Source: Escherichia phage EC120. From it: a DNA stretch of 44,544 nucleotides. Under the pieces are notes generated by a model. The model was given only the letters and a program-made list of their open reading frames with translations, had not been told where the DNA came from and made no database searches. Positions 27,836 through 36,488 of the stretch are shown one piece after another (position 1 is the stretch's first letter; the number at the start of each line of letters is the position of its first letter). The translations under genes were made by a program, and so were the position numbers. The stretch lies in sequence record ON185580.1. One strand, 5' to 3'.

Positions 27836-30783
27836 TGGCAATTGAGCGACAAGCAGTACAAGGTCTGCCACAAGTGCAGGCCACTTCTCCTAATGTCATG
27901 ACCTTTGCACCTCAGCGAGTTGGAGGTGTGGAGGTTGGCGTAGCTTCTACCTCCGGTAGTCGATTTATCGAAGACCTTATTCGAGCAGCCAGTAGTGTAG
28001 CTGATGTAACCACTGGTATCCTTAATCAAAAGATTGAGGAAGATAAGGTTGTTCAAATGGAACGGGCATATAACGGATTAATGCCTTCTGAGGATGCAAC
28101 TCGTGGTGGCGCTCGTGCTAACATGCTTGTCAAAGCTCAACTGCTAGCTAATGATGAAGCAGCACGAATGAAAGACATGGCTACTCGTTTCCAAGGAACG
28201 GATGACGAGTGGACACAACTTATGGTTGACTCTCGTAATGAGATGCAGAATAAGCTGTTCCAGCAATACCCTGAGTTGCAAGGTGACAAAGATACTATGC
28301 GTATGGTCACTAATGTCTTCCAAGAACAGCAGCCTCAGATTTGGGCGACACGAACCCAGCATAAACTTGACCGTGAACAAGCAGACCGTGAGGATACCTT
28401 TGACGGGCGAGTGGCTTCTACTTGGGATTCTAATATTGACCCTGAAGCATCTGGTTATGCTTTACAGGAACGAATCCGCGAAGGTCTTACTCAAGGATTA
28501 CTACCTGAACAGATGCACAAGAAGTTAGTCCAGCGAGCAATTTCACTTGCACAAGGCGGTGATGTTAGCATGGCTGAAGCCCTGAAGTATGTGAAGGACG
28601 ATAAGGGTGTTTCTGTTTATGCTAAGAATCCACAGCTTATCACAGCCATCACTAGTGGTAATGCAGTTTGGGCTAGGAATAATGTAGCTGATGTAACTCG
28701 TATGTCTTTCGAAGTTAAAGAATCCTACCTTGCAGGTGATTTAACTGATGAAGAATTGTTGGAACGAGCACAGCACATTAATAATCTGACAGGTAACTCT
28801 GTCTTCTCTAATCCAGAGCTAGAGGCACTGATGCGCCAACGGGCTAAGCAGAATGCAGAGCTAGGTGCAATGCAGGATATGCGACGTGAGCTTTACTCCG
28901 ACCGCCTGACTGGCTTCCAAGGTAAGACTGATAAAGAGAAGAAGGCTTACATTGATGTTATCAAACAGGATAGCCAACTTTATGCAGACCAGCAAATCAA
29001 ACAACGTGGCTTGGACCCTTACAGTCAAGAGGCTGAAGCTATTCGTGGTGCAGTGGAAGTGCAGCGCCTGCAATTCATGAACTCCAAAGGCTTAGTGGAT
29101 GATACCTTTGAGTCTCGTATCAAAGCCATGGAATCTATGCTATCGCCTGAGCACTTTGCCAAGGGCGAACCACAGGAGTTGATGACTATTCGCCAGTTGT
29201 GGGAACAGTTGCCAGAAGAGAGCCGAGGTGTCTTTGGTGACACGGTGAATGGCTACATGGATAACTACAACACTGCACTACAAATGGGAGAGACACCTTT
29301 GCAGGCTGCAAGGTTTGCGCGTGAAGCACAGCAGAAATTCTCTCGTACTGAGAAGGAAACCAAGAAGTTCAACTCAGCTATTGGAGATGCACTGGATGAG
29401 GTATCTGGTGCTGGCTGGTTTGATGGTAAAACCGAAGTGTCAGACTTAGGTAAAGCTATTGCGGAAGAAGAGTTACGAGCTAAGGCCAATATGTTGTGGT
29501 CTAGTGGTATGCGTAACATGGATTCTATCAAGAAGGCTTTAATTACTTGGGGCAATAAACGCTACACTCAAACAGAGGATGCAAAGACTTCCGGTGGCTA
29601 TTTCATTAAAGGTGATTACACTTCTGCCTCTGATATGCTTATGTCAGTTGGGAAAGGCGTAAATCCTACCGATGTACCTCTGGCGCTTGGTAGGTATGTA
29701 GAAACACAGATGCCAGAATTGAAGAAGGAGCTTCAAGAGTGGGAAACTAAAGATGATATATACATTGATTACAATGAACAGAAAGGTACTTTCGTGATTC
29801 GTGCTGGTGCAGCAGGTCGCCCTCTTTCTGGAGTAATCCCTGTAACCTCTTTAGATACCACTTCACTACTAGATTCTGCCTATCAGAAGAAAGTAGAGGA
29901 ACGAGATAAAGGCGAGTATGTTCACCCTTATCGTACAGATATTGGTGCACAAGAGCCTATGCCAGCTAAACCAACTGCCAAAGATATTGGTAAATTTGGA
30001 CTAGCTAACTTCCTCATGTCTTCTGCTTTTGCTTCTGGTGAGAATCTGCCTTCTAACTTCGAGATTAACTATCGAGGTAATATGCAACAATTCTATGACA
30101 AGCTAGCTATGGATGAGAATAAAGATAAAGTTGGCTTTAATAAGGCAACTGGAACCTTTACTCCATATAAAGATGCTCACGGTGAGTCTATCGGTTACGG
30201 TCATTTCTTAACGGAAGAAGAGAAGCGAAACGGGTATATTAAGATTGGTGATGAACTAGTTCCCTATCGAGGGTCTATGTCTCAGCTTACAGAGAGCAAG
30301 GCTCGCGCTCTTATGGAGCAAGATGCCAAGAAGCATGTGCCTCCTACTCGTGACTGGAAGATTCCGTTTGACCAGATGCATCCTGCACAGCAACGTGGCT
30401 TGATGGATTTAACCTACAATTTAGGTAAAGGTGGAATCCAGAACTCACCGCGTGCTCTTGCTGCATTCAAAGCTGGTAAGCTTACGGAAGGCTTTATCGA
30501 AATGCTGGGCACTGCATCAAGTGAAGGTAAGCGTATCCCTGGTCTACTGAAGCGACGCGCTGAGGCATACAATATGGCATCTGCTGGTGGTGTGCCTAAG
30601 ATTACCGAAGTGGAGACTCGTGAAGATGGCTCCATGTGGGTTAGGTTTGGTGGACCTATGCCAGCAGGTTCTGTCTCGGCATGGACTCATAAACGTATTG
30701 GCGCGGATGGTTGGTATCAGGTTTATGAGGCTGCACCTACCAAGTTAGCTAAAGGTTCTAAGGTAGGTAAATTTAAGTTGTAG
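27835..30783 (+). CDS. Internal virion protein with C-terminal lysozyme-like domain
   Basis: 981 aa; segment TFTPYKDAHGESIGYGHFLTEEEK resembles the T4/P22 lysozyme core (YKDTEGYYTIGIGH). Confidence 0.75.
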   Translation: MAIERQAVQGLPQVQATSPNVMTFAPQRVGGVEVGVASTSGSRFIEDLIRAASSVADVTTGILNQKIEEDKVVQMERAYNGLMPSEDATRGGARANMLVKAQLLANDEAARMKDMATRFQGTDDEWTQLMVDSRNEMQNKLFQQYPELQGDKDTMRMVTNVFQEQQPQIWATRTQHKLDREQADREDTFDGRVASTWDSNIDPEASGYALQERIREGLTQGLLPEQMHKKLVQRAISLAQGGDVSMAEALKYVKDDKGVSVYAKNPQLITAITSGNAVWARNNVADVTRMSFEVKESYLAGDLTDEELLERAQHINNLTGNSVFSNPELEALMRQRAKQNAELGAMQDMRRELYSDRLTGFQGKTDKEKKAYIDVIKQDSQLYADQQIKQRGLDPYSQEAEAIRGAVEVQRLQFMNSKGLVDDTFESRIKAMESMLSPEHFAKGEPQELMTIRQLWEQLPEESRGVFGDTVNGYMDNYNTALQMGETPLQAARFAREAQQKFSRTEKETKKFNSAIGDALDEVSGAGWFDGKTEVSDLGKAIAEEELRAKANMLWSSGMRNMDSIKKALITWGNKRYTQTEDAKTSGGYFIKGDYTSASDMLMSVGKGVNPTDVPLALGRYVETQMPELKKELQEWETKDDIYIDYNEQKGTFVIRAGAAGRPLSGVIPVTSLDTTSLLDSAYQKKVEERDKGEYVHPYRTDIGAQEPMPAKPTAKDIGKFGLANFLMSSAFASGENLPSNFEINYRGNMQQFYDKLAMDENKDKVGFNKATGTFTPYKDAHGESIGYGHFLTEEEKRNGYIKIGDELVPYRGSMSQLTESKARALMEQDAKKHVPPTRDWKIPFDQMHPAQQRGLMDLTYNLGKGGIQNSPRALAAFKAGKLTEGFIEMLGTASSEGKRIPGLLKRRAEAYNMASAGGVPKITEVETREDGSMWVRFGGPMPAGSVSAWTHKRIGADGWYQVYEAAPTKLAKGSKVGKFKL

Positions 30784-30799
30784 TATCTAACTCAAGGCT

Positions 30800-30817
30800 T
30801 GTCTCACATGTGAGACA
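30800..30817. repeat. Palindrome TGTCTCACATGTGAGACA (copy 6)
   Basis: Perfect 18-bp palindrome between two internal virion protein genes, followed by GGTCTTTATG. Confidence 0.8.
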
Positions 30818-30847
30818 GGTCTTTATGATAGGCACTATGGAGGAATT

Positions 30848-33800
30848 ATGGAACAAGACATTAAGACTAATTGGGCTGGATATGTCCAGTCTACTCCTGA
30901 GCCGTTTTCTATTGAGGCGGCTCCGGTATCGGCTCCTACGATACGCCAGCGTAATGAGTTACAAGAGCAAGTTCTTGAAGCTAAAGCTGATGCTGATATC
31001 TTAGGTGCTGTAGGTGCTGCCTTCCAGAATGAGTGGTTGGCATTCGGAGGCAAGCGGTGGTATGACCGTGCCACTGCTGATTTCACACCTCAACCAGACT
31101 TCGAGATACAACCTGAGCAACGTGAAGCACTACGTTTCAAATATGGTACAGATATGATGCAGACAATCACTGAGGGTGTTCGTTCTGAGGATGAATTGAA
31201 CTTCCGTATTCAGAATGCTGATGAAGACCTTGAGCGCAATAAGCGCATTGCTCAGGCTGGCTGGGTTGGCTCTGTGGCGACGATTGGCGCTGCTGTGCTT
31301 GACCCTGTGGGATGGGTTGCCTCTATTCCAACCGGTGGTGCCGCTAAAGTTGGACTCGTAGGCCGTGCTGTGCGTAGCGCTATCGCCGCTGGCGTAAGTA
31401 ATGCCGCTATCGAATCCATATTGGTCCAAGGTGACATGACTCGTGATTTAGATGACATTATGGTAGCACTAGGCTCCGGTATGGCTATGGGTGGCGTTAT
31501 TGGCGCTGTAGCGCGTGGTAGGGCCACTAAGCTCAGTGAGCAAGGGGATGACAGGGCTGCGAGCATTGTGCGCAGTGCAGACGCAGGGGACCGCTATGTG
31601 CGTGCTGTTGCTGATGATAGTATCGGTGCGATGCGTGTTAAGGGTGAAGAGGTACTCACTGAGGGTGCATTTGATATCTCTAGCAAAGGTGAAGGTTTGC
31701 TGAAAACCCTACAGCGGGAAGGTAATGCAATTGATATGACCCCTCGCCGCTGGGCCGGAACTCTGTCTGCCCTTGGTACTGTCGTACATTCCTCTCAGGA
31801 TGCAAGTGTACGCGGCCTTGGTGCTCGCCTGTTTGAGTCCCCCCAAGGCTTAGGTATGCAGAAGGCATCTGCTAGTCTCATGCAGAATACTAACTTGAAC
31901 CGTCTGAAATCTGCTGATATGAATCGTTTCAACGATGGGTTCGATTTATGGCTCAAAGAGAATAATATCAATCCGGTTGCAGGTCATACTAACTCTCACT
32001 ATGTGCAGCAATATAATGAGAAGGTATGGGAAGCTGTACGCATCGGTATGGATGAGTCTACGCCTAAGTCTATCCGTATGGCAGCAGAGGGGCAGCAAGC
32101 TATGTATCGTGAAGCATTAGCATTACGTCAACGCTCTGGTGAATCTGGGTTTGAAAAGGTTAAAGCAGATGATAAGTACATGCCTGATATTTTTGACAGT
32201 ATGAAGGCTCGTCGTCAATTCAGTATGCACGATAAAGAGGACATCATTGAGTTATTCTCTCGTGCATACCAGAATGGTTCTCGTAAGGTTCCAAAGGAAG
32301 TGGCTGATGATATTGCACGAGCACAAGTAAACCGCGTTGCTGATGCCACCTTGACCGGACAGCTTAGCTTTGAAAAGGCTATGTCTGGTCAAACCAAAGC
32401 AGAATATGAAGCACTAATGCGCAAAGCAGGCTTTAGTGATGAAGAGATTGAAAAGATGGTAGAAGCTCTGGATAATAAAGAAACCAGAGATAATATCTCT
32501 AACCGAGCTAAGATGAGTTTAGGCTTAGATGTTACTCAAGAGTACAATGGCATTCGTATGCGTGACTTTATGAACACTAACGTGGAAGAGTTAACAGATA
32601 ACTACATGAAGGAAGCGGCAGGTGGTGCTGCCTTGGCTCGTCAAGGTTTCTCTACCTATCAGGCTGCACTTAATGCAATTGATCTTGTAGAGCGAAATGC
32701 ACGAAATGCAGCTAAAGATACAAAAGCACACGCACAATTTGAAGCGGAGTCGGCTAAGATCCGTCAATCAGAGCCTGATTACAAGAAGGCACAAGAGAAG
32801 ATTGAAGAGTTAAAGAAGCGACTTAAATTGAAAGAGAAAGATGAAGCAGCTGGTCTGGCTATTGATGAAGAAATCCGTCAGATGCGAGAAGGGCTTCGCT
32901 TGATTATGGGTAAATCTATCGATTCAAACCCACAAGATTTGTCTACTAAAATGCTGCGTCGTGGGCGTGACATTACAGGTGTACTTCGCTTAGGTCAGAT
33001 GGGCTTCGCACAGCTAGGTGAACTTGCTAACTTCATGGGTGAGTTTGGTATTGCTGCCACCACTATGGCTTTAGGTAAGCAATTCCGCTTCACCTCTAAG
33101 GCGTTGCGTAATGGCGATGGCTTCTTTCGAGATAAGAATTTAGCTGAGGTTGAGCGAATGGTAGGTTACATTGGTGAAGACAACTGGCTGACAACTAAGG
33201 GTGCGCGTCCCGATGAGTTTGGTGATGTAACCACAGTGCGAGGTATGATGGCCCATTTTGACCAGTCCATGAACTCTATACGACGTGCTCAGACAAACCT
33301 ATCCCTCTTCCGCATGGCACAGGGTTCTCTGGAGCGAATGACCAATAGGCAAATAGCTTTGTCTTTCATTGACCACCTTGAAGGCAAGAAGATTATTCCT
33401 CAGAAGAAACTGGAGGAACTTGGTCTTACTCAGGAGTTCATGACTAACCTACAGAAGCACTATGATGCTAACTCTAAAGGTTCTGGCTTGCTTGGCTTTG
33501 ATACAATGCCTTATGCCATGGGTGAAACTTTAGCTAATGCTATTCGTCGTAAGTCAGGTCTAATTATCCAACGTAACTTCATTGGTGATGAAGGTATCTG
33601 GATGAACAAAGCACTAGGTAAGACATTTGCACAGCTTAAGTCATTCTCTCTTGTATCTGGTGAGAAGCAATTTGGTCGAGGGATTCGCCACGATAAAATT
33701 GGTCTTGCTAAGAAGACAGCTTATGGTTTTGCTTTGGGTTCAATAGTGTATGCGGCAAAAGCCTATGTGAACTCTATTGGTCGAGAAGACCAAGATGAAT

Positions 33801-34156
33801 ATTTGGAAGAGAAGTTATCGCCTAAAGGGTTGGCCTTTGGTGCAATGGGTATGATGAGTACAACTGCTGTATTTAGTCTAGGTGGAGATTTCTTAGGTGG
33901 CCTAGGTGTTCTACCTTCTGAGTTAGTACAATCCCGTTATGAGGCTGGCTTTCAGACTAAGGGTTTGATAGACCAAATACCACTAGTAGGTGTTGGTCAA
34001 GATGCATATCGTTTAGCAGATTCTATAACTAAATACGCAGAGGGTGATACAGAAGGTGTAGATGTGGCACGTAGGGCTTTACGCTTAGTGCCTCTAGCTA
34101 ATGTAATAGGAATCCAGAACGCATTGCGTTATGGCTTAGATGAACTGGAGGATTAA
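30848..34156 (+). CDS. Large internal virion (ejection) protein (gp16-like)
   Basis: 1102 aa; GGAGGA RBS; last and largest of the internal virion protein genes. Confidence 0.75.
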   Translation: MEQDIKTNWAGYVQSTPEPFSIEAAPVSAPTIRQRNELQEQVLEAKADADILGAVGAAFQNEWLAFGGKRWYDRATADFTPQPDFEIQPEQREALRFKYGTDMMQTITEGVRSEDELNFRIQNADEDLERNKRIAQAGWVGSVATIGAAVLDPVGWVASIPTGGAAKVGLVGRAVRSAIAAGVSNAAIESILVQGDMTRDLDDIMVALGSGMAMGGVIGAVARGRATKLSEQGDDRAASIVRSADAGDRYVRAVADDSIGAMRVKGEEVLTEGAFDISSKGEGLLKTLQREGNAIDMTPRRWAGTLSALGTVVHSSQDASVRGLGARLFESPQGLGMQKASASLMQNTNLNRLKSADMNRFNDGFDLWLKENNINPVAGHTNSHYVQQYNEKVWEAVRIGMDESTPKSIRMAAEGQQAMYREALALRQRSGESGFEKVKADDKYMPDIFDSMKARRQFSMHDKEDIIELFSRAYQNGSRKVPKEVADDIARAQVNRVADATLTGQLSFEKAMSGQTKAEYEALMRKAGFSDEEIEKMVEALDNKETRDNISNRAKMSLGLDVTQEYNGIRMRDFMNTNVEELTDNYMKEAAGGAALARQGFSTYQAALNAIDLVERNARNAAKDTKAHAQFEAESAKIRQSEPDYKKAQEKIEELKKRLKLKEKDEAAGLAIDEEIRQMREGLRLIMGKSIDSNPQDLSTKMLRRGRDITGVLRLGQMGFAQLGELANFMGEFGIAATTMALGKQFRFTSKALRNGDGFFRDKNLAEVERMVGYIGEDNWLTTKGARPDEFGDVTTVRGMMAHFDQSMNSIRRAQTNLSLFRMAQGSLERMTNRQIALSFIDHLEGKKIIPQKKLEELGLTQEFMTNLQKHYDANSKGSGLLGFDTMPYAMGETLANAIRRKSGLIIQRNFIGDEGIWMNKALGKTFAQLKSFSLVSGEKQFGRGIRHDKIGLAKKTAYGFALGSIVYAAKAYVNSIGREDQDEYLEEKLSPKGLAFGAMGMMSTTAVFSLGGDFLGGLGVLPSELVQSRYEAGFQTKGLIDQIPLVGVGQDAYRLADSITKYAEGDTEGVDVARRALRLVPLANVIGIQNALRYGLDELED

Positions 34157-35118
34157 TGAGTTATACTTTCACAGAACATATAGCCAACGGTACGCAAGTA
34201 ACCTATCCCTTTAGCTTTGCTGGTAGGGATAAAGGTTATCTTCGTGCCTCAGATGTGATAGTGGAGTCTCTTCAAGGTAACACTTGGATTGAGGTTACAT
34301 CTGGCTGGCAACTAACTGGCACGCACCAGATTACTTTTGATGTAGCACCAGTTGCAGGTTTGAAGTTCCGTATTAGAAGGGAAGTACAAAAGGAGTATCC
34401 ATACGCTGAGTTTGACCGTGGTGTTACCTTGGATATGAAGTCTTTAAATGGTTCTTTCATTCATATACTGGAGATTACACAGGAGTTACTTGACGGGTTT
34501 TATCCAGAAGGATACTTCATTAAACAGAATGTAAGCTGGGGCGGCAATAAGATTACTGATTTGGCTGATGGCACAAATCCGGGAGATGCAGTAAATAAAG
34601 GGCAGCTTGATGCCATCGACAAGAAGCATACAGATTGGAACGCCAAACAGGACATTGAGATTGCTGGCCTTAAGGCTGGTATGACTTCTGGTATTGCGCA
34701 CAGAACTGTTCCTTGGTACACGATAGCCCAAGGTGGTGAGATTTCCGTAAAACCACCTTATGAATTTCAAGATGCACTAGTTTTCCTTAATGGGGTGTTG
34801 CAGCACCAAATTGTAGGCGCATACTCTATAAGCAACAACACTATCACTTTCGCAGAGCCGCTTGTGGCTGGTACAGAGGTGTATGTGCTGATTGGTAGTC
34901 GTGTGGCTACATCTGAACCTAATATTCAGTTAGAGTTGAACTTTGACTTAGTAGAAGGCCAACAAGTAGTACAGATTGGCTCTGCATTTAAGTACATTGA
35001 GGTCTACCTTGATGGATTATTACAACCTAAACTTGCTTATCAGGTAGACGGTGACATTGTTACTTTCTCAGAGGGAGTGCCAGAATGCCGGATGACTGCT
35101 AAGATTATCACAGCATAA
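34156..35118 (+). CDS. Tail-fibre/tailspike adaptor protein (T7 gp17 N-terminal domain-like)
   Basis: N-terminus TYPFSFAGRDKGYLRASDVIVESL...FRIRREV resembles the tail-attachment domain of T7 gp17; no long fibre shaft. Confidence 0.65.
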   Translation: MSYTFTEHIANGTQVTYPFSFAGRDKGYLRASDVIVESLQGNTWIEVTSGWQLTGTHQITFDVAPVAGLKFRIRREVQKEYPYAEFDRGVTLDMKSLNGSFIHILEITQELLDGFYPEGYFIKQNVSWGGNKITDLADGTNPGDAVNKGQLDAIDKKHTDWNAKQDIEIAGLKAGMTSGIAHRTVPWYTIAQGGEISVKPPYEFQDALVFLNGVLQHQIVGAYSISNNTITFAEPLVAGTEVYVLIGSRVATSEPNIQLELNFDLVEGQQVVQIGSAFKYIEVYLDGLLQPKLAYQVDGDIVTFSEGVPECRMTAKIITA

Positions 35119-35127
35119 GGAGGTAGG

Positions 35128-35352
35128 ATGATTAACTCCGAACTGGTAGATAGTGGTGTGAAGCTTGCGCCACCTGCACTCGTATCAGGTGGGTACTTCC
35201 TCGGTATCAGTTGGGATAACTGGCTCGTAATTATGACCCTTATTTACACAGTAATGCAAATGGGTTGGTTTATTTATGAGAAGGTCCAGACTATAAAGAA
35301 GAGGAGAAAAGCTAAATGTACTCAGAAGTTGAAAGAGCAGGATACATCATAA
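35128..35352 (+). CDS. Putative holin (T7 gp17.5-like, 74 aa)
   Basis: AAGGAGG RBS; one strong TM (WLVIMTLIYTVMQMGWFIY) and a basic C-terminus; same relative position as T7 holin. Confidence 0.5.
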   Translation: MINSELVDSGVKLAPPALVSGGYFLGISWDNWLVIMTLIYTVMQMGWFIYEKVQTIKKRRKAKCTQKLKEQDTS

Positions 35353-35747
35353 GAGAAGATGGTGTTATCTTGAGCAAGAAGGGACAGCCGATGGTTGGTG
35401 CTATTCGTGAAAGAGGATACCGCACAGTAACATTAAGGATAGATAATAAATCCAAGACTTATAAAGTACATAGGTTGATTGCATGGAAGCATGTGCCGAA
35501 CCCTCATAACTATAAGGTTGTTAACCATAAAGACCGCAACCCATCTAATTGCCATAAAGATAACCTAGAGTGGTGCACTCAACAGGAAAACACTATACAT
35601 GCACACTATGGTTGTCTTGACATACAAGATAAAATAGATGAAGCCAAAGCATTAAGAAGCCAAGGCTGGTCTTATCCTAAAATCGGTAAATACTTTGGGT
35701 TAGACCATAAGACTGTTTGGTATTGGATTAATGGGAGAAGAACTTGA
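35316..35747 (+). CDS. HNH homing endonuclease (copy 1)
   Basis: HNH signature VNHKDRNPSNCHKDNLEW...QQEN; overlaps holin 3' end and small terminase start. Confidence 0.7.
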   Translation: MYSEVERAGYIIREDGVILSKKGQPMVGAIRERGYRTVTLRIDNKSKTYKVHRLIAWKHVPNPHNYKVVNHKDRNPSNCHKDNLEWCTQQENTIHAHYGCLDIQDKIDEAKALRSQGWSYPKIGKYFGLDHKTVWYWINGRRT

Positions 35748-36043
35748 GCGTACATAACAAACATGCAGCTACAGAAGACGAGGTTGGCATTCTGCATGGT
35801 GCTATTACCAAAATCTTCAATAAGAAAGCACAGGCAATACTGGACACTATAGAAGAAGACCCTGATGCAGCACTGCATTTAGTGTCTGGTAAAGACATTG
35901 GAGCTATGTGTAAGTGGGTTCTTGATAACGGCATTACCGCCACACCTGCTGCACAGCAGGAAGAATCCAAGTTATCTAAGCGCCTCAAGGCTATCCGAGA
36001 GGCATCCAGTGGCAAGATTATTCAGTTTACAAAAGAGGAGTGA
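35744..36043 (+). CDS. Putative terminase small subunit (TTG start)
   Basis: 99 aa directly upstream of large terminase; no in-frame ATG near the 5' end; GGAG 8 nt before TTG 35744. Confidence 0.45.
   Translation: MSVHNKHAATEDEVGILHGAITKIFNKKAQAILDTIEEDPDAALHLVSGKDIGAMCKWVLDNGITATPAAQQEESKLSKRLKAIREASSGKIIQFTKEE
35835..35857 (+). promoter_or_regulatory. Phage promoter-like sequence inside small terminase gene
   Basis: CAATACTGGACACTATAGAAGAA; 3 upstream mismatches to the consensus. Confidence 0.45.
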
Positions 36044-36044
36044 T

Positions 36045-36488
36045 ATGCATAGATGGTGTGAATCTCAAGGTTATACCATCTTACCTTCTGGTGTCATCCT
36101 TTCAAAGGGTGGCACCCCTCTCAAACCATTCAAGGCGGGTAGGGGTTATTTAGCAGTTAAAATTAAAAATAAAGAAGGTAAATGGCGTAATGTCTATGTT
36201 CATCAATTAGTGGCTTATAAATATTTACCTAAAACTAATAATGAAGTAAACCACAAAGACGGCGATAAGCACAACAATGATGTTAGCAACTTGGAGTGGG
36301 TAACAAGAAGCGAGAATAACTATTTAAAATGCAATGGAAATGATAGGAGTGCCTTAAATAGCTATTTAGCAAGATTAAAAGATTGCTTCTTGCAAGGTAA
36401 GGGTGTAGCAGAAACCGCTAGACTTACTGGTAAAAGTGAACCAAGAGTTTCTTCTCTCTTTAAGGAGTGGCGAAATGGCAAAGGCTAG
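36045..36488 (+). CDS. HNH homing endonuclease (copy 2)
   Basis: GAGGAG RBS then ATG 36045; VNHKDGDKHNNDVSNLEW...RSEN; clearly paralogous to copy 1; overlaps large terminase start. Confidence 0.75.
   Translation: MHRWCESQGYTILPSGVILSKGGTPLKPFKAGRGYLAVKIKNKEGKWRNVYVHQLVAYKYLPKTNNEVNHKDGDKHNNDVSNLEWVTRSENNYLKCNGNDRSALNSYLARLKDCFLQGKGVAETARLTGKSEPRVSSLFKEWRNGKG

Noticed and set aside
5764-30817. Possibility that the recurrent palindromes form a CRISPR array
   Set aside because: Copies are separated by 0.2-16 kb of coding sequence rather than short uniform spacers, and each is self-complementary; this is not a CRISPR architecture.
35898-36488. Longer 196-aa version of HNH endonuclease copy 2
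   Set aside because: The N-terminal extension overlaps the small terminase gene in another frame; ATG 36045 with a GAGGAG RBS directly after the terminase stop is preferred.
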